Shown here in pieces: positions 34,855 to 48,680 of a stretch of DNA of 64,000 bases. The stretch is from Hypanus sabinus (Eukaryota). The notes beneath the pieces are model-generated. The model was not told the origin of the DNA. It saw only the letters and a list, made by a program, of their open reading frames with translations, and did no database searches. Numbering within the stretch: the first letter of the stretch is position 1; the number at the start of each line of letters is the position of its first letter. Location of the stretch: NCBI RefSeq assembly GCF_030144855.1, contig NC_082720.1, positions 66,030,001 through 66,094,000 on the forward strand, in the 5' to 3' direction. The position numbers were made by a program, and so were the translations under genes.

Positions 34855-37647
34855 CAGCTTCATTATGCAAGATAGATTAAATGGTGCAGGCACATTTATT
34901 ATCAATACAACTGGTATGAATCGTGGGCATGTTATATTGGTGCCATAAGTGTGGCCATACTTGTGGGCTGCCCCAGCACAATCCTTGGACTACGTTGTTG
35001 CTTAAGCAAAACAACACATTTTGCTTCATGTTTTAATGTATATATGGCAAAGAAAAGCCAATCATTCGTGTTTCAAAACTTGGTATGACAGTTATGACTT
35101 AAATCAAACATGACAGGGTAAGATGAAAGTTCTAGTCCTTCACAGGACACCAACCTATTGCCACCAAATCTGGGCTTTGGATGGACTTCATCATTTACTG
35201 TATGCTGTTGAAACCATAAAGTCCATTGAACACTAAATGTGGAAGGTGGTGGTGTGGTCCATTCTTGAATTATTGAGCTCCTACAGGAGAGGGTACTCTC
35301 TGATATTCCTAAAAAGGTTCATGGTTTTGATCCAGCAATAATGGAAGAATGGTGATATAGTGATTATGTTATTAGGTACCTCCTGCACCTAATAAAGTGG
35401 CCACTAAGTGCATATTCATGATCTTCTGCTGCTATAGTCCATCCTCTTCAAAGTTTAACATGTTGAGCATTCAGAGATGCTCTTCTGCGCAACATTTTTG
35501 TAACCCTTGATTATTGAATTACTGTTGCCTTCCTGTCAGCTTGAACAGGTCTGGCCATTCTCCTCCAATCTCTTGCATTAACAAGGTGTTTTCACCTACA
35601 GAACTGGCAGTCACTGGATGCTTTTTTTTGTCTTTTGTACCAGTCAAAGTCACTTACAGGTAAATCACATTTCTTCCCCATTCTGATGTTTCATCTGAAC
35701 AACAACTCAACCTCTTGACTATATCCACATGTTTTTATTTGTTGATTTGCTGGCATGTAATTGGTAGAATAGATATTTGTGTTATCAAGTGGGTGTAATT
35801 CCTCATGAGGGTTCTAAGTGATTTAGAGGGAAGGCTGCACAGGTGAAGTCTCGACATGACTGCATTCTTTGGTAGTAGGTGTAGCATGCTTATAATTCAC
35901 TGACAAAGTGGTTTTATTGCATAATTACAGTGCATTTTGTAAAGGGAAGCAACAGAGGCCCCTTGATGAATGGCCAGATTAGCTGCCTGGAAAACAAAAG
36001 AATTTACCTGCAGAAGACAGAGGGAAGTGTGATTTCTGTAGAAGCATAAACCAATGTATTTGAAGGAGCATGATTCTCACTAAACTGACAATTCAGAGAA
36101 TACTTATATTTAATTTAGACTGACTTGAGTGTTTACCATTTCAAAACACAGAGGTAAAATTTACATGTAAAAAGTATTTTCATTTTTGGAAGGAAACTGC
36201 AGTAACCCCATGCCTGCAAGTTCCTTCACTCTCTACATCTTAAATGTCTGGATTATATCACTTTAGTTTTCTATGTTGAAAATGTCTCTTTCTGTCTCTG
36301 GATTTAACAGCAGAAGTGAAAATTGCCTGAAACACAGTTCCTTCTTGTGTCTGAGAGCATGAAATGGAATTTCTGGCAATTCAAATGTGTAATACTGAGA
36401 ACACTGATTTTGAAATCAGAATAGAGTTAACTCTATGTTGCTGATAAAAAGAGTGGAGGGGCATTAAATAACACCAATAACAGTTGATGTAAAGGAGAGG
36501 TGAATGTTGGACAATGTGGGCAAGCCCCAGTTAGAACATAATTGTAAGAATTTATGCCATTCTGGGCAACATGACCAGAAAGAATTTGTATTATTGAGAA
36601 GGAATGCAGACCAAATCAACATGAGAAGGAAGCCTCACTTGCCTCAGTCTCCTCAAGAGATGGAGAAACCGCTGTACTTTCTTGAGGTGGTGTTGAGAGA
36701 CAACGTGAGATTGTCTGTTATATGCACTCCCAGAAATGTGGTGCTCTGAGCTCTGAGAAAGCAGGTATGTGCAGTGAGGAATGGTCGGTCTGAACCTTCC
36801 TTCAGTCCACAATCATCTCTTTGTTCTTCTCCACGTTGAGACTCGAGTTGTGGTGCCCTCAACAATCTACCAGCCACTTTACCTGCTCCTGGATGCCATC
36901 TCATTGTCATTGTGGATGAGGCCAACCATTGTGTGTCGTCAGCGAATTTGATAATTCAGTTTGAACTGGATCGAGCAGTGTAGTCATGTGTCAGCAGCAT
37001 GAACAGCAGCAAGCTGAGCACACAGCCCCGGGGACGCCAGTGCTCAGTGTCATTGATATAGACTTACAGTATTTTTTTATGTCTTGCACAATACTGCTGC
37101 CAAGAAACAGGAAATTTGATGACACATGTCAGTGATAATAAACCTGATTCCAATAAATCATGTGATTAACTAGAAAAAAACTGATGCTTTGGACTTTGGC
37201 CAATTTGTCAAGGAAATGGTAGTGATTCGTGTAGCTTTGTGAAAGTAACAGAAATGTGCCCTCAGCCTGGATGAGTCAGCTGTTCAGCAAACACTTATTA
37301 TATCATAAATTGATACTTTAAAGACTGAAACAAAACACTTTTGAAATATGCTGCACACAACTTTGTGGTCACACTTCCATTTACAGCAGTGATGACACTA
37401 CAGTGGGGGATACCACAAGGGAAAAGCCTTTCCCCATGAACAGGTGTGAGGCTTGTTCAGCAGCATGCAAAGTCTGAGAATTTCAAAGTAGCAATATTTT
37501 ATGAAATGTTTGATGGCATACCCAACCTTGCCAGACCAATATACACCTTTACAGGCGCCACAGAAATTCAGCTCACTATTCCTTCTACAAACCTCAGCTT
37601 TAAGGTAGAACCTAAGAAAGAATTGGAATTAAGACAATTTCAGGAAA

Positions 37648-38910
37648 TGTCTCCTGATTTTCTTCCACTTCACCTCTGTTGGTGTCTTGGTCCGGTCCAT
37701 GAAATCCATATTCCTGTTCACAGTCCGGTCCATATTCCTTATTCCAGGTTTTCTGTGTTTCCCCAGTTTCTGTTGAGGCAGCTGATTCTTGTTCAGTGTA
37801 GCTTCATAAATAGCTTCAGGATTCAGCCTCTGGCTGCTGGATTGTTCCTGTCCTAACCCTTTCCTTCACCTTCCTGCCTGGAGCCTCGTCTCGCCTCTCC
37901 TCTGCCTGGAGCCTCGTCTCGCCTCTCCTCTGCCTGGAGCCTCGTCTCGCCTCTCCTCTGCCTGGAGCCTCGACTCACCTCTCCTCTGCCTGGAGCCTCG
38001 ACTCGCCTCTCCTCTGCCTGGAGCCTCGACTCGCCTCTCCTCTGCCTGGAGCCTCGACTCGCCTCTCCTCTGCCTGGTGCCTCACCTCACCTCGCCTCTG
38101 ACTGGTGCCTCGCCTCGCCTCTGCCTGCAGCCTTGCTGTGCCTCATCTCACCTCTGCCTGGTGCCTCGCCTCACCTTGTTGTGTCTGGAGTCTCGGCCTG
38201 TTTGGTACTGCCTGTCTGTGTCCACGCCTTCGTTATGTAGGTCCAGCTGTTTGCCGCTACCTGGCGTTGAGAACTGCCTCTCCGTGTTCTATGTTTTGTG
38301 TAGTGAGTCCTGGCCCTACGTACTGTACCCAAGGAGGGGTCCTGGCTCTGTGTGCCATGTTCCTGTTCCTCCCTCGACTCAAGGCTCTGCATTCCTGTCT
38401 CTTCCTCGACCAAGTCAAGGCTTCGGGATCTCATCCAGTCTCAGTCACGTCCAAAGTCCTTGTCCTGTCCAAGCCAAGGCTTTGCATTCTCATCTTGTCA
38501 TGTGCCTCGCCCAGCCCAGGAGTACCTTGCCCAGCCTGGTGCTGGGGTTCCCTTGTCCTGTCCATGAGTCTCACGTCCAGTCCTGTTGCCTATCCTCATC
38601 CTGTAGCCACGTCTTGTCCTCGCCTGGTTCTGGAGTCCGAGCCCGAGTCAAGACCCAGGTTCTGGGTCCTTGTCCAGTCTCTGGCTCGAACTCCAAGCCC
38701 AGGCTCCTAGTTTCCAGTTCCATATCCTGGTTCCACTATCATCAAGGCCTAGCTCAGGCCCAGAATCCTTGTCTCATCCAGGGTCTGTGTCATGTCAGCG
38801 TCCTTTCTTCCTCATTTCCTTTGCTTCCTTCTCATGCCTAGTCCTGCTCCTGGTAGTTCAGTGTCTACTTCTTGCATTTCGGTCCACTCCCAATGCCCCC
38901 ACTTATGACA
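37648..38910 (+). mobile_element. Probable solo LTR containing a 28-bp tandem array
   Basis: Termini TGTC...GACA, an internal ATAAATA TATA-like box near 37806, and a pyrimidine-rich body. No matching TSD seen, so the ends are uncertain. Confidence 0.45.
37875..38070. repeat. 28-bp minisatellite, 7 full copies plus a decaying tail
   Basis: Unit TGCCTGGAGCCTCG(T/A)CTC(G/A)CCTCTCCTC at 37875, 37903, 37931, 37959, 37987, 38015 and 38043. A degenerate eighth copy starts at 38071. Confidence 0.97.
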
Positions 38911-40139
38911 GTAGGATCTGATGTAATGGGAGATTCTGTGTGGAATTTGTACACATTTCCCGGGTGAGGTGGTGATGCATGTGTAGTATATATGTGACAT
39001 ATTAACATTCTTGCACATTCTTTGCACTGCATGTGTTTTAGCCTTTTTTTCTTTAAAAATCATAATAATCTTAGTTTATAAATACAGTACTTGTGAATGT
39101 GGGGAGTGTTCTGAACACTGTGAGAATCTGGTTTCATATGGCTTGCAGCTCTTTCTGCAGATAAACTCTGTCATTGTAATCATGAGGTCCTCCTTCGAGG
39201 AGAAGTCATCTTCACTGACTTCCAGGAATCTCTAGTCCATGGTTGGCTCAAGGTCGTGAATGGTATGGTACTAGAAACTTTGGCTCCACACACTAGGAAC
39301 ACACAAGTAATACTCCAGCAGGAGAAGGAACACACCAACTCACAGTCTACCCATTTTATTTACCCACCCTGTAAGGCAGCCCCTACCCCATTGATGAAAG
39401 CGTCTTCGCTCCCTATTGGACTTATCAGCTACCTCAGAATTCAAAGGGTTATGCTGAATCTTTGGGCCCAAGTGCAGGATCACACAGAAACTTGGAAAAG
39501 TTAAACAAAACTAGGAAATTTATTAACCAAAGGGGCAAAAACAAAACAGTAGAACTTACAAGATCTTGGACAAGTCAGAATAACTTGGTCAAGCTTCACT
39601 AGGAAATGATCAGGACCAAAAAGCTCCTGAGGGGATAAATACATCCAGGACTTGCCCAGCTAAGTTAAAACATCATTCTCTTGATAAGCTTACAAGAAAC
39701 CATTTTGATAAGAGAAAAAAATCCAGGATACTTAATTGGACACATGAAAAGTCTCAAGGAGAATTAATTGGAAGAATCTAAAGACAATTACAACTTAAAT
39801 GTAAACCAGGGAAGACCTAACTATAACACATCAGAAACACAAAGCACAAAAATGCATTATAATTACAATTAATAAAATGCAGAGAATGCAAAAAAAAACA
39901 AACAGCAAACAACTGAGACCTCAGAATACTCACTGATAACCTGAGGTTATCAGTACATAGACCCAGAGTGGATACAGGTCATGGTTAATGGTGATAAACT
40001 ACCCAAGAAGAAGGAAGAATAGGAAAATCAGTGAAATTACATTTCTGAGAACCTTTTGCACCTTCTCTCAGTCTCAGTCAAATAAAAGGAAAAAATAAGT
40101 AATATAAATGAGATTGATAGACTTACCATTTTAACCACA

Positions 40140-42620
40140 TAGCATAGAAACAGAGAAACATAGAAAACCTACAGCACAATACAAGCCCTTTGGCCCACAA
40201 AGCTGTGCCCAACATGTTCTTACATTAGAAATTACCTCTGGTTACACATAGCCCTCTATTTTTCAAAAGTCCATGCACCTATCCAGGAGACTCTTACAAG
40301 AAACTATCGTATCCACCTCCAACACCATCACCGGCAGCGCATTCCACACACTTACCACTCTCTGTGCAAGAAAACTTACCCCTGACATCTCCTCTGTGCC
40401 TACTTCCAAGCACCTTAAAACTGTGCCCTCTTATGCTAGCCATTTCAGCCCTGGGAAAAAGCCTCTGACTATCCACATGATCAATGCCTCTCACCCAAGG
40501 AGAAAAAGTCAAGTTAGCTCAACCCATTCTCATAAGGCATGCTCCCCAATCCAGGCAACACCCTTGTAATTCTCCTCTGCACCTTTTCTATTGTTTCCAC
40601 ATCCTTCCTGTAGTGAAGTGTCCAGAAATGAGCACAGTACTCCAAGTGGGTTCTGACCAGGGTCCTATATAGCTGCAACATCACCTCTCAGCTCCTAAAC
40701 TCAATCCCACGATTGATGAAGGCCGATGCACCAAATGTCTTCTTAACCACGGAGTCAACCTGTGCAGTAGCTTTGAGTGTCCTATGACTTAGACCCCAAG
40801 ATCCCTCTGATCCTCCACACTGACAAGAGTCTTACCATTAATACTATATTCTATATAATATATGGGCCATCATATTTGACCTACCAAGATGAATCACCTC
40901 ATACTTACCTGGGTTGAGCAACATCTGCCACTTCTCGGCCCAGTTTTGCATCCTATCAATGTCCCACTGTACTCTCTGACAGCCCTCCACACTATCCACA
41001 ACACCCCCAAACTTTATTACACCTTTCCACAATCTGTCTCCCTATCTGCTCTTCAATGTCACTGTTACTAATGGGTGGCCTATAAAAAACACTCAGAAGA
41101 GTTGCTGACCCCTTCTTATTCCAAACTTCCACCCACAGAGACTCCATAGACAATCCCTCCATGATTTCCTCCTTTTCTGCAGCCGTGACACTATCTCTGA
41201 TCAACAGTGCCACTCCCCCACCTCTTTTACATCCCTCCCTGTCCTTTCTGAAACATCTAAAGCCTGGCACTTTAAGTAACTATTCCTGCCCCTGAGCCAA
41301 CCACATGTTTGTAATGTCCATATTACCATAGTTTCAAGTAATGATCCACGCTTTAAACACATCCACTTTGTTTATAATACTCCTTGCATTGAAATAGATG
41401 CACCTCAAACCATTGGTCTGAGCATCTCCTTTCTCTACTAACTGCCTCTCCTCCCTCTTGCACTGTCTCCAAGTTTTCTCTATTTGTGAGCCAACCGTCT
41501 CTTCCTCTGTCTCGTCAGTTTGGTTCCCACCCCTCAGCAATTCTAGTTTAAACTCTCCCCAGTAGTCTTAGCAAAACTCCCCGCCAGGACATTGGTCCCC
41601 CTGGGATTCAAGTGCAACCTATCCTTTTTATACAGATCACTTTTGCCCCAAAAGAGGTCCCAATGATCCAGAAGTCTGAATCCCTGCCTCCTGCTCCAAT
41701 CCCTCAGCCATGCTCCACCTCATTCTATTCCTGTACTCACTGTCACATGGCACAGGCAGTAATCCCCAGATTGCTACCTTCGTGGTCCTGCTTCTCAACT
41801 TCCTTCCTAATCCATGTAGTCTGTTTTCAGGACCTCCTCCCTTTTCCTACCTATGTTGTTGGCACCTATAGCTGTTCTCCTTCCCACTTCAGGATATTAT
41901 GGATGCAATCAGGAACATCCCAGACCCTGGCACCTGGGAGGCAAACTACCATCCATGTTTCTTTCCTGCATCCACAGAATCGCCTGTCTGCCCCACCCCC
42001 CAAAATATAGAGTCCTCTATCACTGCTGCCATCCTCTTCATTTTTCTACCTTTCTGAGCCACAGGGCCAGACTTTGTGCCAGAGGCACAGCCACTGTTGC
42101 TTCCCACATGTAGGCTGTCCACCCCCAACAGTACTCAAGCAGGAGTATATATTGTCAAGGGGTACAGACACAGGGGTACTACCTGGCACCTGACTTCTGC
42201 CCTTCCCTCTTCTGACTGTTACCCAGTTATCTGTCTCCCAAGGCCCTAGTGAGACTACCTGCCTATAGCTCCTCTCTATCACCTCCTCACTCTCCCTGAT
42301 CAGACAAAGGTCATCGAGCTGCATCTCCAGTTCCCTTAAGGAGCTGCAGCTTGACACACCTGGTGCAGGTATGGCCATCTGGGAATCTGGGAGTCCCCAT
42401 GACTTCTCACATCTGACACAGAGCACAGAACAATCACCTCACACACATACTTCCTGTCTGGATTCTACACAGGCAACCTACCTCGCATTGACCAGTTATC
42501 TCTGAAGCCCCGTTAAGCCAATGCCCTCCTGCTCAGTCTCGCTCTACTAGCCACTCGCTCTATAAAGCTGCCTCTTATTAAACCCTTCTTGCTGTTCTAA
42601 CTGGCTGATGTCCACCTGCT
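40140..42620 (-). mobile_element. CR1 LINE with ORF1 and internally deleted ORF2
   Basis: ORF1 zinc-finger/leucine-zipper-like LCVRCEK...C..LRELEMQLDDL.LIRESE and esterase VIEDSI. ORF2 LRCIYFNARSI and CFRKDREGCKRGGGVALLI, then KFGGVVDS, RGHSFKV. The (CATAGAAA)n tail is at about 40140-40170. Boundaries approximate. Confidence 0.88.
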
Positions 42621-45600
42621 TGTGCAGTTGTGCCCCAACCAAGCCGCTGAAGAAATAACAGTGGGGAAAAATTCCCAAACAGTGCCAATAAGTACAGGAG
42701 ATCAGGTTCACTTATTTTCTGGTTCTGTATCACACTTCGTTAAATCTGGACACCATGAAGAAAACACTACCTTAGGATTTTTTGAGACTCATTCAACTGC
42801 CTGTAGGTCCTTTCCCCTACTCACTTGTCTCCTTCTTTAAACACTAAACTGTCCAGAAATGAACCCATTCAGTATCAGAATCAGATTTAATATCACCAGT
42901 ACAGGTCATGAAATTTGTTGCTTTGCAGTGGCAGTGAATTTTAATAGAGGTCTGTCTGTGCAATACGCAAGCCAGGCCAGCACGATATGGAGAGCAAGCT
43001 GCTTCCCATGTTGTTGGTTCCCCCTCTCCACACAGCTGATGAATCCAAAGGAATGGCAGAGCCCGATACTGTTTGGCACCAGTGGCATTGCAGGAGTTTC
43101 CAGTCAGGATTGAACTCAATGTAGGGATGTCTTAGGGACTCCAGCTCCAGATTGTTCCTCAGGATTTACTTCCAAAGCCTTCCCCATGAGTGGGTATAAG
43201 GTCATAGTTTTCTTTCTCCTGGATAAGCTACCAACCATGGCTGACAATTCCCATTTGTCTAAAATGGCTGATTTTAAGGTATCTGTCAGGGTCCCTTCTG
43301 GCAAGCGCTCACCTGGCTATTTACATCAGGAATTGGGCCTCAATCACCTCGTTTAGTTCCAATCATTCCCAGGTCCCATTAACTACAAACACCTGCTTTC
43401 CATCAGCCAGTGCAGTATAAGAATCCTGTGACCCCCAACTAGAAGGTGCGATTTAGTTGGTTGACTCGTGTATGAGTAACCTTGTTCCATGGTTCTTAGG
43501 ACTATCAATTCTATGTCTAGCAGCGTTTCTGAATTCTCTACTAAAACCAAGACTCGGGGTAAAGAATCCCTTGGCACCAACTCTGCACTTGCTACGACCG
43601 TAAAACCTCCCAACTCGGCCTCCACGCCTGTGTTCAGTACTTGGGTTTGTTCCACCGCCACGTCCTTGCAACAGTGTCAGTAATTCACCTTTGCCCCTTC
43701 TCTTGTTAGCAGAAATGGTTCCACTGGGCTTCGTAGCTAAGGGACACTAAGGAAATGGACTTGGTTGTCAGAGGCTATTTGAGATGCATATTGTTGGGAA
43801 CATTTAATAGGTAGTGGGAGCTTACCCCAGCTCTAATAACCTTAAGGAACTTACATTGCAATACAAAGTAATAAAAACCATAAATTACAAGTAGTATATA
43901 TAAAAGTAAATTAAATAAGTCATGCAAAAAGAGGGAAAATACAGAAGGTTTATTGTCCATTCAGCAGTCTGATGGTGGATGGTAAGAAGCTCTTCCTGTA
44001 ATGTTGAGTGTTTGTCTTCAGGCTCCACTACTTCCTCCTTGATGGTAGCAATGAGAAAAGGGCACCTCTCTAGACCGTTATGCTTGACTGATAGAATAGC
44101 CTTTCTCGCTAATTACTTTGTGAGATAGGGCCTCTCGATGGGGAAAAAAATTCACCTACTCCTGAACATATGTAGATGAAAAGATGCTCCAGTATTCTGA
44201 GAATTATGTAATTATTGGACTGTGCTATATATATATGTTTCCTTCAGTTTTTCACTGTCGTTTTTTTTTCTTGTTGACGATTGGTGGGCAATCTGTTAAT
44301 TTTTTGTGTGTAGGAGGGGTTGGGAAGGTTTTGGTGTTACTGTCACTGTTTATTTCTGCAAATATATTTAATGGCTATCTGGAGAAGACAACATCAGAGT
44401 TGTAGTGTACCTGCACCGTTTGATAATAAAATGAACCTTTGGACTTTTGACCTGTTCACCTTTAATCTATTTTCCCAACCCTCCTTCCTCCCTGTGACTT
44501 CTATCACTGTTACTAATAACTGGCCCTCCTGATCATCAGAGTTCACCTCATCGTTCTTCAAAGGGAACATATTCTGCTTGTGAGAGGGAGAGATTAGTTT
44601 GATTTGTCATATGTGCAGCAAAAATTTTTAAAAATGTGGTGTTTGGAGTAGTTTGCGATGTGCTGTGGCTGCATGTTAGTGTTGTCATGCTTTTGACGCC
44701 AACACAGCATGCTCACAACTCACAAACCCGAACCCGTACTTCCTCTGTATGTGTGAGGAAACAGGAGCAGTCAGAGCATCTCAACGCGAATGTACAGATT
44801 CTGCAGACAGCGGCGGGAATCGAATCAGGATCTCTGGCGCTATAAATTGATTATATTAACCGCCATGCTACTGGGGGGAGTGTTACCAAGTTGTGCAGCA
44901 GAGTAGAGCTGAGATCACACCCAACATGGACAGATTTCTGCTGGGATGAGTTAAGTTCTCGCTCCCTGATTTCCTGATCCCAGTTCACTGAGTACAGTAT
45001 CACTCTCCTTCACCTCTCGCCCACTGCTCCTTCCAGCTGAACACGATTGGGAGAATTACACAAAGTATGAGATCACACAAACTGCAGAAGTTTGACGGCT
45101 GGTTCTCCACACAGAGAGGGATTTCTCTTCACCGATCACAGTCACCGTGTTTCAGTTTATCATCACTTCTGTCCTATATTGGTACATGGTCAAAAAAAAC
45201 CGATTCCAATTGCAGGCCGAGGCATTAGAGAAATAAACCCAAAAATCAGAACACCGAGAGCTAAATTCTTGCTCCCACTGAGCGCAGGCTCACTGCGGAT
45301 AAAGCAGCCTCTGTGTGAAAGAGTTGGTTGAGCAGAGACTCGAGTCAATGGGAGACACTGTGGTTCACCACCGCTCTTCCCCTTCAGGATGTGGTGCATA
45401 CCACACTGTTCAATGTGCAGAATATCAACACTGGCAACGTTCTGGAGTGATAAACACTGCGGGAAGCTCCGAGCAACAAGCTGAGCAAAACTGGAAACCG
45501 AAAACCATGCGATGAAGGTACAGAAAGTCCACAGACTCACTAAACCACTGTGACAAATTGCTTCAGCAGATGAAACAGTAACATGGTTCCTCGGCATCCT

Positions 45601-47449
45601 TCGTAAAACCAAAGCTGACAGTAGATCACCGTGAGGTGAGAGTGCTCCTTGCACAGGCGGCGGGCAGTCGAGGTCTCTGCCCCAGCCGACTCCTGGCCTC
45701 TCTTCCGGGGTAAGTTTGTTTCCTTAGAGAGGAAGCATGCAGTTAACATGGCCACATGGGGAGATTTCAGGGAACTGTGCCCCGTTCCCCGCCCTGGAAC
45801 AGAGTGTTTTGTCACTATATTTTAATTCAAAATTGTATTTTGTGAGTGAAAAACAACAGTTGCTTTGTAAAAAAGAAGTGACCTCAGTGGCAGAGGAATC
45901 GAGTAACAGCAGATCAGTCGGGCATGGATGTCACATCATTGTAGGTTGGAGAGACACGCAAGATGCTAACCAGAGTCTTCCTGTAAAGTCTAAATCGTGG
46001 GACCCTGAGACTGCAGGAGTGTCCTAGTGAGACCCCTGACCCCTGTAATTCTAACCAATGCTTTTAGGCTTCATGTCCCTTGTGGGAGATTCCTGCCAAA
46101 ATATTTAGGGGACAAAATTTAACACGTGGTCTGTACACACCACTGTGTGGTGAAAAAGGCACAACAGCCTTCTGTAACCTCAGACGGTTCGGAAAGTTTG
46201 GTTTGGGCCCCAAACCTTAAGAACCTTCTACAGGGACAGAGTCGAGAACATCCTGACTGGCTGCATCACTGCCTAATATTGGAACTTCACTTCTCTGAAT
46301 CACAGGACTCTGCAGAGTGTGGTGCAGATAGCCCAGCACACCTGTAGATGTGAACTTCCCATGATTCAGGACATTTACAAGGGCAGGCATGTAAAAAGGC
46401 CCTGTAGGGTCATTGGGAACCTGAGTCACACCAACCACAATCTGTTCTATCTGCTACCATCTGGGATGTGGACTGCAATATAAAAGTTAAAACCGACAGG
46501 GTCCAGGACAGCTTCTTCCACCAGGTCATCAGACTGATGAACTCATGCTAACTTGAGTGTATTCTATATTACATTGACTGTTCTATTTATTATAAATTAT
46601 TATAAATTACTATGATTGCATATGGCACATTTAGATGGAGATGTACCGTAAAGATTTTTACTCCTCATGTCTGTGAAGGATGTAAGAAATAAAGTCATTT
46701 CAATTCAATCTTTCTACTAAACTCGCTGGTACAAAGAGAGGATTTGGGGTGTGGGGTTTCTTGTCAAGCTCTACGATCCTCAGAGAACAGGTGATTATGG
46801 AATTAATATTGTCTTTTAATTAGAATGCCCACGTGCCTTGTTTTTGTTCGCAATCTGTTGACATGTGACTGAATGTCTCTCTGAAATAGTGTCTTGTTGT
46901 AGCTGGAGTAGGAAAGTGCTGCTTTATGCATGTCAGATGTGAATTTGAGTTATTGTGCAGACTTCATTTGTCATTCTCCTCCTCCTACACACCCATTCAG
47001 GGTTGGCAGGTGAGACTTGAGTCTGTGAAAAACAATCTCAGTTCCTGGAGCCTCCTCCACTGTGGTTGTAGGAGATGACCTTGGGAATACAGGAAATGGT
47101 TTTACAGCTCTGCGTACCTTTCTTCTCCTGTTCTCAGCTTTCCTACCTGGATTTACTTTGATTCTTGCTTTCCTATTAATTTTCTATTAACTTATTCATT
47201 TTTAATTCTTGTTATATATCATTTTATTTAAACGTTTTCCTTTTGTTCCACAGGTTATTTGCTCTTTGAAGTTCCACTGGATATTGAGAACCATGTGTTT
47301 GCAGAAGATAAAGATAGTTTTGGGACAAACATAGGTTGTGTATATGAGGCACACAGTGCAACATGGAATCAGGCCAATTTGTTCCTTGATATTTTTCTGT
47401 GCTCAAGTTCAGTAGAAATTCTTTTGTTGCCATACTACAGATGTTACGA

Positions 47450-48680
47450 CAATTGAGGGTGTGATGCTTGGTCTCCTAATGAGGAATGAGACAGGGCCGG
47501 TCACAGAAGTTTGTGCAGTGGAACACCAGGCATCTAATGATCATAATGCCAATAGTTTGAAAGTAATTATGGAAAATGATAGGTCTGTTCCTTGGGCTGA
47601 AATTTTAAATTGGAGCAAGGCCAATTTTGATGGTATGAGAAAGGAGCTGGTTAGGGTGGATCCGGATAAGTTGTTTTCTGGCAAAGGTATATGTGGTAAG
47701 TGGAAGCCTTCAAAAGTGTAATTTTGAGAGCACAGAGTTTGTATGTTCCTGTCAGAATAGAAGGCAATGACAACAGATTTAGGGAATCTTGGTTTTTTAG
47801 ACATATTTGGGCCCTGGTTAAAAAAGTGATTTTTTTGCAACTGTATTTACTCTGGAAACAGATAAAAAGCCTATTGAAATGAGGCAAAGGAGTAGTGAGG
47901 TCATGACCAGATAACAGGATGAGGTGTTTGTGATTTTAAGGATAATTAGGGTGGATAAATCCCCATGGCCTGAGAAGGCATTGCCTCAGAACCTGTGGAA
48001 GGCCAGTGCAGAAATTGAGGGGGTCCTAGTAGAGGTGTTTAAATCATGTTATGAATTATATATTTGATATGTTTGTTTTGCACTGTATTAGTCTTCATCT
48101 TGTTAATGTTTTATTTTGCAGTTGTTTTGTAGAAACACATAAAAAAATAATTACAAGAAAACATCCTTAGCCACAGATATTGTGCCAGAGGATTGAAAGA
48201 CAACTAATTTTGTTTAGGCTGGTGAGTCTGACATCAGTAGTGAGTAAGCTATTGAAAGGAATTCTAAGAGACTAGAGTAGAAGTATCTGATAGACCATGA
48301 ATGATTAGAAGTGTCAGCATGGCTTTGTGCACTTCAGGTCATGTCTAACCAACTTTATAGAGTTTCTCATGGAAAGTTGATGAAAGAAAGGCAAGTGGAT
48401 GTTGTCTACATAGACGTTAGCAAGGTCTTTGATAAGGTTCCACATGGGAGGTTAGTCAAGAAGGTTCAGTCACTTGGCCTTCAATATGTGGTTATAAATA
48501 GGATTGGATATGGGCTTCATGGGAGAAGCCAGAGGATAGTAATAGATGGTTGACTTTCTGACTGGAGGCATGTGACCAGTAGTGTGCTGTAAGGATCGGT
48601 GCTGGGTTCATTGTTCATTGTCATATACATCACCAATCTGGATGATAATGTGGTAAGATGGATCAGTAAATTTTGCAGTT
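47450..48680 (+). mobile_element. CR1 ORF2 fragments
   Basis: LNWSKANFDGMRKELVRVD and DVVYIDVSKVFDKVPHGRLVKKV...GSVLG, with multiple stops and frameshifts. Confidence 0.8.

Noticed and set aside
38077-38841. Longest ORFs in the track (254 aa and 201 aa), possibly a novel gene
   Set aside because: They are overlapping, low-complexity Cys/Ser/Pro/Leu-rich frames from a C/T-rich repeat that lacks stop codons. There is no domain motif or splice context.
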